From: Paramoeba atlantica
Taxonomy: Eukaryota; Protista; Discosea
Assembly (NCBI GenBank): GCA_977017575.1
Contig: CDRNVI010000080.1
Coordinates: 1-64,000 of the forward strand
Direction: 5' to 3'
Length of the DNA: 64,000 bases
The notes under the pieces were generated by a model. The model was not told where the DNA came from and did not search any database. It worked only from the letters and a program-made list of their open reading frames with translations. The translations under genes and the position numbers were made by a program. Positions 31,129 to 40,500 of the stretch are shown here, piece after piece (the stretch's first letter is position 1; each line of letters begins with the position of its first letter).

Positions 31129-31505
31129 ATGGGCTGGAGCGCCTCGCCCAACTGAGTGGCGCGCGGGTCCTCGGGGGGCATTCGAAGAATCGCCCTCAGC
31201 AGCTCCTGGCGGCGTCCTCCTGGAGGCTGTGCGGCGTCGGCGGTTACGACGGCAGCGGTTTTGGCGGCGGCGGTCTTGGCGGCGGTGTAAACGGGAACGG
31301 GAAGCCGGGGTAGAGGACGGATTGGGAGGGAGACGCTTCTGCGCCTTAGACGTAACGGGGAGAGAGGGCGGGGAGGAGGAGTAGTGCCACGCACGCGTGG
31401 CCGTCTTTCGCGCTGGCGGAGAGACGGGGAGGAAACAGGGGTAAGAATATCCACCCGTCGTCGCCTGGGACGACGGGCACGAGCAGTAATTGGGGTGGGG
31501 GGCAT
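30321..31505 (-). CDS. Tyrosine recombinase of YR retroelement
   Basis: AAR (Arg I), TKT, HSIKRG (HxxR), TKH...LLRY. Overlaps the RT ORF. Confidence 0.92.
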   Translation of the reverse strand: MPPTPITARARRPRRRRVDILTPVSSPSLRQRERRPRVRGTTPPPRPLSPLRLRRRSVSLPIRPLPRLPVPVYTAAKTAAAKTAAVVTADAAQPPGGRRQELLRAILRMPPEDPRATQLGEALQPMWATATWATRERLWFRLREYCQAKGITANPANAVLFLETLPLATSTRMGYAGALRTLFELMGIEGTPLSFYVKALQAQGGLEPTRQMLPITPLLLKKLRRHLDVKESMCCLLCWKAAARWTETADLRREQFVSVASHEVIIYWGRGTKTTRLNPYRPYLYAIVTGPGTPELAQFVGSLRPGQRLCYTTVREMDHRMNQLLGPGYGTHSIKRGAITYLFHEISLGNLRMEDVQNLTKHLNVESLLRYNASSITTARALGTQRVSARLPVL

Positions 31506-31508
31506 TTC

Positions 31509-31795
31509 CTAGTGGAAAGCCCGTGTTGCGCCGTAACGGTTGGCGCCGCCCACCACCCCGCCGCGAAAATCCTGTTGCGGGGTGCGTGTGGTACGGAACT
31601 GCCCCCCCTGCTGTTGGGACGATTGGGGGCAGTTCGATCGGAGGTGGCCTGGCTGATGACAGCCAAAACAGAAAGGTCCTTGGCTGCGTCGACGAGGAGC
31701 ACGCTGCGCAGTCCGGCCCCTCAGTTGCTCGTCAACCACAAGCTGACCGTAGCGGTCCTGAGGGTCGTCGTCACGGTGCAACCGCTGTCGCACTC
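31509..31795 (-). pseudogene. Gag C-terminus with CCHC zinc knuckle
   Basis: CFGCHQPGHLRSNC; continues the gag piece broken at 34311. Confidence 0.88.
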
Positions 31796-34310
31796 TCGTG
31801 CGAGAAGCTATACAGCGGAAAAATGAAACATATGTCAATAGTGGCATGATTCCGGCGGAAGCTTTTGAGTGCCTTCCTGTCTTGTCCTGCGGGTCTTTAC
31901 ATAAGAGCACACGGGGCCTAATTAAATCACTGACGGATGTCTGCCTGTTGGATACCCAAAAAACCGAACAGGCATTCAAGTTGCTACTCCAAGAGCTGAA
32001 CGGATCCGAAGTATACGCACAGCTCCGACATTTTTTGGAGCCTCAAGACTATCAGAAAAGCACTATTCTTTAAGAAATCAAAAGTACAGAAAAGATACAA
32101 ATTGGAATTATAAAGTCTGCGAAGAGATAGACAAAAATCAGTACTAAAAGTTTATGTAAACTTGAGAAAGTAAAAAAAAAAAAGTATATAAGTTTACGAT
32201 AAGAAATTTAGGAGACTTTATTTTGTAATAGGCAAAGCGTCGCAAAAAAAAAAAAAAAAAAAAAAAAAGGGGAAAGCATTTTACAACGCAGACATTAAGA
32301 CCCGAACTCGCTGGATTTCACAGTCTGGCAAGGGAGCTGGGGACTGGGCATTTTCCACTCCATCCAAAGACCTTGGTTTTGCTTTCACACCAGCTGAATT
32401 CCGCGCACTGGTAAGGTGGTGGCTCGGAGCACAACTTGTACCCAGCGTCCAACCATGTCCCATGGAAAAATGTAAAATGTCTATCGGACTCGATGGGGAC
32501 CACGCTCTAGTGTGCAAATCTGGACATGGCATCATGGCACGACATAACTCTCTTTGTCTACAGTTTGCGCAAGAGTGTAGTAAGGCGCAGCTGGCTCCTC
32601 AGAGGGAAAAGACGCTAGGAAATCATGGTCCGGGAGGCGGCTTGACACGACCAGGTGACGTTTACTTGCCAAACTATGACCTTGGCACAGCTCTCGTCCT
32701 TGACTTCGCAGTTACACATGTCCAGCAAAACAAATATACGGACTTAGTCCGAACTGCTACATGGGTAAAGGCGGGGTCATTCGCCGAGCGCTACGCCTCG
32801 GAACATAAAATATCGGAGAGAGCAGAAGCTGTCGCTGCTGGTCACCGTTTTGAAGCGATGGTTGTAGAATCTTTTGGATCCTGGTCCAAAAGTGCCCTGA
32901 CCATCATAAAAAGCGTCGGGAAACACCGAGCTTCAACCTCTAATGGGACTTTGAGCCATGCACAGGCCACAGCACAACTCATAAGGGGTATGAACATAGC
33001 CCTCATGCGTTCACAGGCACGGATGTTGGTCCGACGTCTCCCGGATGAAGATCCCACTGGCCAACTCGTCACACATGACGACCGGCTGGATTCATTCCGA
33101 ACTGGTCGTTTGCGCCCATGAACATCTGGTCGGGATGCTGGTCGGGTCGACAGAGTCTATGCTCACGCCTAGCCCGCGAGGGCTAGGTACCCCAAGTGAG
33201 GTAGTACACGGGTAGTGAATCTCCTCCCCGTCGACCAGCATCCTGTTTCGCGACCGTGTCGCTGTCGACACAGGCCCGCGCCTGCGCCCTCCCATATAAC
33301 AAGGGAAGGGTTCACAAGTCAGGCCGTGGTGAGGTCGAAAGACCCGGTCCGGGACGCGCGAATGGATTGGGTCTGTATTGCTTGTTTTAGTTTTTACTGT
33401 TTCTTGTTTGTAGTATATACTTAGGGGAGATTAAATTGCTAGTTTTGGGCTGAGAGAAAAAACAAAAGGTACATCTGTGGAAACAAAAAGATTTGCTAAT
33501 TTGATTGCTTATTTTCAACTCGTATACCCCCCCCAATGGACCTACTTGGTTCGTCTACTGGGTCAAAATATAGAGGCAATGCCGCGATTCATACTTCTCC
33601 CCCCTTATTAATTGCAAAAGGGGAAGCAAAAAAAATCTTACAATAAGGAAAGGTCTTACAATAAGGAAAGGTCTTACAATAAGGAAAGGTCTTACAATAA
33701 GGAAAGGTCTTACAATAAGGAAAGGTCTTACAATAAGGAAAGGTCTTACAATAAAAAAAAAAAAAAAAAAAAAAGATTGCTTGTTTTTGATTGCTTGTTT
33801 TAAATTCATATACCCCCCTAATGGACCTACTATGTACTTGGTTCGTCTACTGGGTCAAAATATAGAGGCAATGCCGCGATTCATACTTCTCCCCCCTTAA
33901 AAAAAAAAAAGGATTCGGAACATTCATCCGAATCCGGCGATCAAAACCCAACTTCGTGACCGTGCCGCTGTCGGCACATGCCCGCGCCTGCGCCCTCCCG
34001 CATAACAAGGGAAGGGTTCCCAAGCCAGGCCGTGGAGAGGTCGAGAGACCCGGTCCGAAGCGCGCACTGCTGGAAGAAGGGGTGGAGCACGCGCGGATTG
34101 ATTTCTGGGGGGAAGTGAGGGAAAGAGGAGGGCAAAGTTTGGAAGGCGCGGATGGATGCTCGGGGGGGGGGGAAGTGAGGGAAAGAAGCGGGTGAAGTCG
34201 GAAAGTCGCGGATGGTTTCTTTGAGGGGTGGAGATAAGGGAGAGAAGCGGGCGAAGTTGATAAGGGCGAAGTAAAGTAAGTAGGAAAGTAAAAAAAAAAA
34301 AAAAAAAAAA
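31796..34310 (+). mobile_element. Concatemer of five A-tailed fragments inserted antisense into gag
   Basis: Family-B RLE end + A(32244-32268); A2 3' copy 32274-33619 (rc of 19455-20799); 18-mer array + A(33753-33774); family-A 3' end + A(33899-33910); structured-RNA variant and G-rich tract + A(34290-34310). Confidence 0.8.
33636..33752 (+). repeat. 18-bp tandem repeat (AATAAGGAAAGGTCTTAC) x~6
   Basis: Direct reading; its reverse complement resembles the LINE1 17-mer. Confidence 0.9.
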
Positions 34311-35252
34311 TTGCACACGCTCGACAGCAACGCCCGCCGCAGCCCAATAATGGTTGCGAAGCTCTTCGATGATGAGAAGGGCTACGGCGAGGTTGTGCTT
34401 CTCTAGCCATCCCTCCGTATTGCACGCAGCGTACACCCATTCAGTTAACATCTTGAACAGGCGCTCACGCTGCGGCGGAGGGTTGAAGCGTACCCCAAGC
34501 TGCGGAGCTTCGCGCAGCTCACGGATGAGTTCACGTGGCTTGAACAAATCATCCGTGTCGATCCACGGTTGCCAAGTAACCGGATCGTAGGGGGAGAAGC
34601 CTTTCGGGTCCGTAATACGGACGCGTTCAAACGTGGGGATCAGATCTTCAAATGGTTTCCCACCCGGCATCTGCGCCCGAACATGGGCCAGTTCCAAAGA
34701 GTGGTAGTTGATCTCGGGATGGGGAAAACGATAGGCAGTGTTCTTGTCCCCATCCCACTCGGCGAACAACTCAGTTGAGTTAGGGTCCTTAGGATGCGTC
34801 ATATGCACCAACCCTATAACCGTCTGCCGTAGGCCGTCACGGGGAAGGGACCATACAGCCTCGACGGTGACCTCGTAGTCCTTGTGCAGAAGCTCAATCA
34901 CTTTCGTGATGAACTCTTCGCGAGGATCGTCGGCGGGCATCCTCAGAATGGCCTCGAGCAGCTGCTTGCGGTGTTTTCCTGGCGGCTGTGCGGCGTCGGC
35001 GGTTACGACGGCGGCGGGTTTGGCGGCGGCGGGTTTGGGAGGAACGGTGAGCCGGGGGAGAGGAAGTGCCGGAAGTGAGACGCTGCGACGTCGTAGCCGT
35101 AACGGGGAGAGAGGGCGTGGAGGAGGAGTATTGCCACGCACGCGTGGCCGTCTTTCGCGCTGGCGGAGGGACGGAGAGGGAACAGGTGTATGAAAATCCA
35201 CCCGTCGTCGCCTGGGACGACGGGCACGAGCAGTGATTGGGGTGGGGGGCAT
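34311..35252 (-). pseudogene. Chimeric YR N-terminus fused to gag middle (internal tandem rearrangement)
   Basis: MPPTPITARARRP...RMPADDPR joins EEFITKVIELL near 34918. Confidence 0.85.
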
Positions 35253-35255
35253 TTC

Positions 35256-36659
35256 CTAGTGGAAAGCCCGTGTTGCGCCGTAACGGTTGGCGCCGCCCAC
35301 CACCCCGCCGCGAAAATCCTGTTGCGGGGTGCGCTGGGTACGGAACTGCCCCCCCTGCTGTTGGGACGATTGGGGGCAGTTCGATCGTAGGTGGCCTGGC
35401 TGATGGCAGCCAAAACAGAAAGGTCCTTGGCTGCGTCGTCGGGGAGCACGCGTAGCGGTTCGGCCCCTCAGTTGCTCATCCACAACGAGCTGACCGTAAC
35501 GGTCCTGAGGATCGTCGTCACGGTGCAAACGCTGTTGCACACGCTCGACAGCAACGCCCGCCGCAGCCCAATAATGGTTGCGAAGCTCTTCGATGATGAG
35601 AAGGGCTACGGCGAGGTTGTGCTTCTCTAGCCATCCCTCCGTATTACACGCAGCGTACACCCATTCAGTTAACATTTTGAACAGGCGCTCACGCTGCGGC
35701 GGCGGGTTGAAGCGTACCCCAAGCTGCGGAGCTTCGCGCAGCTCACGGATGAGTTCACGTGGCTTGAACAAATCATCCGTGTCGATCCACGGTTGCCAAG
35801 TAACCGGATCGTAGGGGGAGAAGCCTTTCGGGTCCGTAATACGGACGCGTTCAAACGTGGGGATCAGATCTTCAACTGGTTTCCCACCCGGCATCTGCGC
35901 CCGAACATGGGCCAGTTCCAAAGAGTGGTAGTTGATCTCGGGATGGGGAAAACGGTAGGCAGTGTTCTTGTCCCCATCCCACTCGGCGAACAACTCAGTT
36001 GATTCAGGGTCCTTAGGATGCGTCATATGCACCAACCCTATAACCGTCTGCCGTAGGCCATCCCGGGGAAGAGACCATACAGCTTCAACGGTGACCTCAT
36101 AGTCTTTGCGCAGAAGCTCAATCACTTTCGTGATGAATTCTTCTTTGCTAGATTGTGTCATGATCCCACGCGCATCACAGCGTGAACGCTGAGGCATCCC
36201 GACGTGGTCAAGGTCGAGGGCCTCGTAACGGCGCGGCGAGCGAGAAGCCTCAACCTGGTCGGGGTTAAGGGTTCCTCTTCGTCGCATATGGGGCTCGGGA
36301 GCCTCCAGCGGAAAAGGGTACGGGCTAGGGAGGGAGCTCGCAGGCAAACTGGGAAGGTTGGAAGGGAGAGGGCTAGGCGGTTCGCGGGCGGGGCTGAGTG
36401 CTCTTCCTGAAGGGCGTACCTTTCGGCGCGCTGGGACAGGAGTAGGGGGAATAGGAGGAGGTCGCGCGGATACCTGCGGAGCCGGCTGCGTGGGGAGAGG
36501 GGGGAGAGGGGGGCGCACGGGAGGGCACGAAAGGGACTGACGCTTAGAATGGTCTTGGACGGAGGAGGTCTGAATGGGTGTCGGCGCCCTATTCCGCTTC
36601 GGTGATCTATCGCGCTCCTGGCGTGGCTCCGACGGAGCCCGTAAACGTTGGGATCTCAT
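35256..36659 (-). CDS. Full gag-like ORF1 with CCHC knuckle
   Basis: ATG (MRSQRL) at 36659 directly follows A-repeat sequence (36660-36750). Stop TAG, then GAA ATG of YR in frame. Confidence 0.85.
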   Translation of the reverse strand: MRSQRLRAPSEPRQERDRSPKRNRAPTPIQTSSVQDHSKRQSLSCPPVRPPLPPLPTQPAPQVSARPPPIPPTPVPARRKVRPSGRALSPAREPPSPLPSNLPSLPASSLPSPYPFPLEAPEPHMRRRGTLNPDQVEASRSPRRYEALDLDHVGMPQRSRCDARGIMTQSSKEEFITKVIELLRKDYEVTVEAVWSLPRDGLRQTVIGLVHMTHPKDPESTELFAEWDGDKNTAYRFPHPEINYHSLELAHVRAQMPGGKPVEDLIPTFERVRITDPKGFSPYDPVTWQPWIDTDDLFKPRELIRELREAPQLGVRFNPPPQRERLFKMLTEWVYAACNTEGWLEKHNLAVALLIIEELRNHYWAAAGVAVERVQQRLHRDDDPQDRYGQLVVDEQLRGRTATRAPRRRSQGPFCFGCHQPGHLRSNCPQSSQQQGGQFRTQRTPQQDFRGGVVGGANRYGATRAFH

Positions 36660-36941
36660 ACAAAACTTTAAACGTAACAAAATAACAACCTAACAAGAAT
36701 ATAACAAACGAGTAAACACCCCCCTCCATGCAATTAGAGAATACTACATCAATGGTTTTCCACCAACTCCTCAATAATCTAACGTAAATTGAAGGTATTT
36801 TTTTTTTCATATGAATACGATCTCCATGCGAAGCGATCGAAACATGTTAGAACCCAATAAGTAAAACCTATAAATTTACGATTTTGTATGTTTTTTGTAT
36901 TAAAAAAAAAAAAAAGAAAAAACACTTGCGCCCATCATCGG

Positions 36942-37352
36942 CTAGGGAGGGAGCTCGCAGGCAAACTGGGAAGGTTGGAAGGGAGAGGGCTAGGCGGTTC
37001 GCGGGCGGGGCTGAGTGCTCTACCAGAAGGGCGTACCTTTCGGCGCGCTGGAACAGGAGTAGGGGGAATCGGAGGAGGTCGCGCGGATACCTGCGGAGCC
37101 GGCTGCGTGGGGAGAGGGGGGAGAGGGGGGCGCACGGGAGGGCACGAAAGGGACTGACGCTTAGAATGGTCTTGGACGGAGGAGGTCTGAATGGGTGTCG
37201 GCGCCCTATTCCGCTTCGGTGATCTATCGCGCTCCTGGCGTGGCTCCGACGGAGCCCGTAAACGCTGGGATCTCATACAAAACTTTAAACAACCTAACAA
37301 GAATATAATAAGAATTCAACAAGGTACAGAAACTGTATCTTTATCGTTAAAG
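36942..37352 (-). pseudogene. SL-headed 5' fragment of gag
   Basis: SL-like at 37317-37352, short UTR from the A-repeat end, ATGAGATCCCAG start; truncated near 36942. Confidence 0.8.
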
Positions 37353-37354
37353 AT

Positions 37355-37532
37355 CACAAAACTTTAAACGTAACAAAATAACAACCTAACAAGAATATAA
37401 CAAACGAGTAAACACCCCCCTCCATGCAATTAGAGAATACTACATCATAATTTGAGAAAATTATGTGCCCCGAAGGGCCAGAAGGCAAATATATAGCCGC
37501 CCCTCGGCTAAATTTCAAAACGTGAACTATTA
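37355..37532 (-). repeat. A1 5' terminal repeat of the YR element
   Basis: Matches 13574-13751; abuts satellite at CTATTA|GTGAGT. Confidence 0.9.
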
Positions 37533-40500
37533 GTGAGTGCGCGCTCCGAATGTTGATGGATTTGCGTTGCGCGATCCGAGGCACCGCACACGCGAATCGC
37601 CGCGATTGAAGTCGTGAAGTCACAAAATTTTGATATGCCTTTTTCTGAGAACCGAAAGCTGAGACCACGCGCAGCACGCAGCGGTCCGCCAAAGTGGATT
37701 TATGCACTCGTGATTGAGCGCTCCGAATGTTTATGGATTTGCGTTGCGTGATCCGAGACAACGCACACGCGAATCGCCGCGATTGAAGTCGTGAAGTCAC
37801 AAAATTTTGATATGCCTTTTTCTGAGAACCGAAAGCTGAGACCACGCGCAGCACGCAGCGGTCCGCCAAAGTGGATTTATGCACTCGTGATTGAGCGCTC
37901 CGAATGTTTATGGATTTGCGTTGCGCGATCCGAGACAACGCACACGCGAATCGCCGCGATTGAAGTCGTGAAGTCACAAAACTTTGATATGCCTTCTTCT
38001 GAAAACCGAAAGCTGAGACCACGCGCAGCACGTAGCGGTGCGCCAAAGTGGATTTATGCACTCGTGAGTGTGCGCTCCGAGTGTTGATGGATTTGCGTTG
38101 CGCGATCCGAGACAACGCACACGCGAATCGCCGCGATTGAAGTCGTGAAGTCACAAAACTTTGATATGCCTTCTCCTGAAAACCGAAAGCTGAGACCACG
38201 CGCAGCACGTAGCGGTGCGCCAAAGTGGATTTATGCACTCGTGAGTGGGCGCTCCGAGTGTTGATGGATTTGCGTTGCGCGATCCGAGACAACGCACACG
38301 CGAATCGCCGCGATTGAAGTCGTGAAGTCACAAAACTTTGATATGCCTTTTTCTGAGAACCGAAAGCTGAGACCACGCGCAGCACGCAGCGGTGCGCCAA
38401 AGTGGATTTATGCACTATTGAGTGCGCGCTCCGAATGTTGATGGATTTGCGTTGCGCGATCCGAGGCACCGCACACGCAAATCGCCGCGATTGAAGTCAT
38501 GAAGTCGCAAAACTTTGATATGCCTTTTTCTGAGAACCGAAAGCTGAGACCACGCGCAGCACGCAGCGGTGCGCCAAATAAGATTTATGCACTCGTGAGT
38601 GCGCGCTCGGAATGTTGATGGATTTGCGTTGCGCGATCCGAGACAACGCACTCGCAAATCGCCGCGATTGAAGTCGTGAAGTCACAAAATTTTGATATGC
38701 CTTTTTCTGAGAACCGAAAGCTGAGACCACGCGCAGCACGCAGCGGTCCGCCAAAGTGGATTTATGCACTCGTGATTGAGCGCTCCGAATGTTTATGGAT
38801 TTGCGTTGCGCGATCCGAGACAACGCACACGCGAATCGCCGCGATTGAAGTCGTGAAGTCACAAAACTTTGATATGCCTTCTTCTGAAAACCGAAAGCTG
38901 AGACCACGCGCAGCACGTAGCGGTGCGCCAAAGTGGATTTATGCACTCGTGAGTGTGCGCTCCGAGTGTTGATGGATTTGCGTTGCGCGATCCGAGACAA
39001 CGCACACGCGAATCGCCGCGATTGAAGTCGTGAAGTCACAAAACTTTGATATGCCTTTTTCTGAGAACCGAAAGCTGAGACCACGCGCAGCACGCAGCGG
39101 TGCGCCAAATAAGATTTATGCACTCGTGAGTGCGCGCTCGGAATGTTGATGGATTTGCGTTGCGCGATCCGAGACAACGCACACGCGAATCGCCGCGATT
39201 GAAGTCGTGAAGTCACAAAATTTTGATATGCCTTTTTCTGAGAACCGAAAGCTGAGACCACGCGCAGCACGCAGCGGTCCGCCAAAGTGGATTTATGCAC
39301 TCGTGATTGAGCGCTCCGAATGTTTATGGATTTGCGTTGCGCGATCCGAGGCACCGCACACGCAAATCGCCTCGATTGAAGTCGTGAAGTCACAAAACTT
39401 TGATGTGCCTTTTTCTGAAAACCGAAAGCTGAGACCACGCGAAGCACGTAGCGGTGCGCCAAATAAGATTTATGCACTCGTGATTGCGCGCTCCGAATGT
39501 TGATGGATTTGCGTTGCGCGATCCGAGACAACGCACACGCGAATCGCCGCGATTGAAGTCGTGAAGTCACAAAACTTTGATATGCCTTTTTCTGAGAACC
39601 GAAAGCTGAGACCACGCGCAGCACGCAGCGGTCCGCCAAAGTGGATTTATGCACTCGTGAGTGCGCGCTCCGAATGTTGATGGATTTGCGTTGCGCGATC
39701 CGAGACAACGCACTCGCAAATCGCCGCGATTGAAGTCGTGAAGTCACAAAATTTTGATATGCCTTTTTCTGAGAACCGAAAGCTGAGACCACGCGCAGCA
39801 CGCAGCGGTCCGCCAAAGTGGATTTATGCACTCGTGATTGAGCGCTCCGAATGTTTATGGATTTGCGTTGCGCGATCCGAGGCACCGCACACGCAAATCG
39901 CCTCGATTGAAGTCGTGAAGTCACAAAACTTTGATATGCCTTTTTCTGAAAACCGAAAGCTGAGACCACGCGAAGCACGTAGCGGTGCGCCAAATAAGAT
40001 TTATGCACTCGTGATTGCGCGCTCCGAATGTTGATGGATTTGCGTTGCGCGATCCGAGACAACGCACTCGCAAATCGCCGCGATTGAAGTCGTGAAGTCA
40101 CAAAATTTTGATATGCCTTTTTCTGAGAACCGAAAGCTGAGACCACGCGCAGCACGCAGCGGTCCGCCAAAGTGGATTTATGCACTCGTGAGTGTGCGCT
40201 CCGAATGTTGATGGATTTGCGTTGCGCGATCCGAGACAACGCACACGCGAATCGCCGCGATTGAAGTCGTGAAGTCACAAAACTTTGATATGCCTTTTTC
40301 TGAAAACCAAAAACTGAGACCACGCGCAGCAGCAGCGGTGCGCCAAAGTGGATTTATGCACTCGTGAGTGCGCGCTCGGAATGTTGATGGATTTGCGTTG
40401 CGCGATCCGAGACAACGCACTCGCAAATCGCCGCGATTGAAGTCGTGAAGTCACAAAATTTTGATATGCCTTTTTCTGAGAACCGAAAGCTGAGACCACG

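Larger units (their letters stand above)
13333..37532 (-). mobile_element. Composite YR (TATE/VIPER/Ngaro-like) retrotransposon with split direct repeats A1...B1-A2-B2, swollen to 24.2 kb by nested insertions
   Basis: A1 37355-37532 = A2 13574-13751 (178 bp); B1 13752-13968 = B2 13333-13549 (217 bp). Flanks GCACTC| and |GTGAGT rejoin into an intact satellite sequence. gag-YR-RT lie inside on the same strand. Confidence 0.8.

Noticed and set aside
33128-33372. Firm HDV-like ribozyme call
   Set aside because: L3- and J4/2-like motifs are present but a canonical P3 and nested double pseudoknot could not be completed; kept only as structured RNA.
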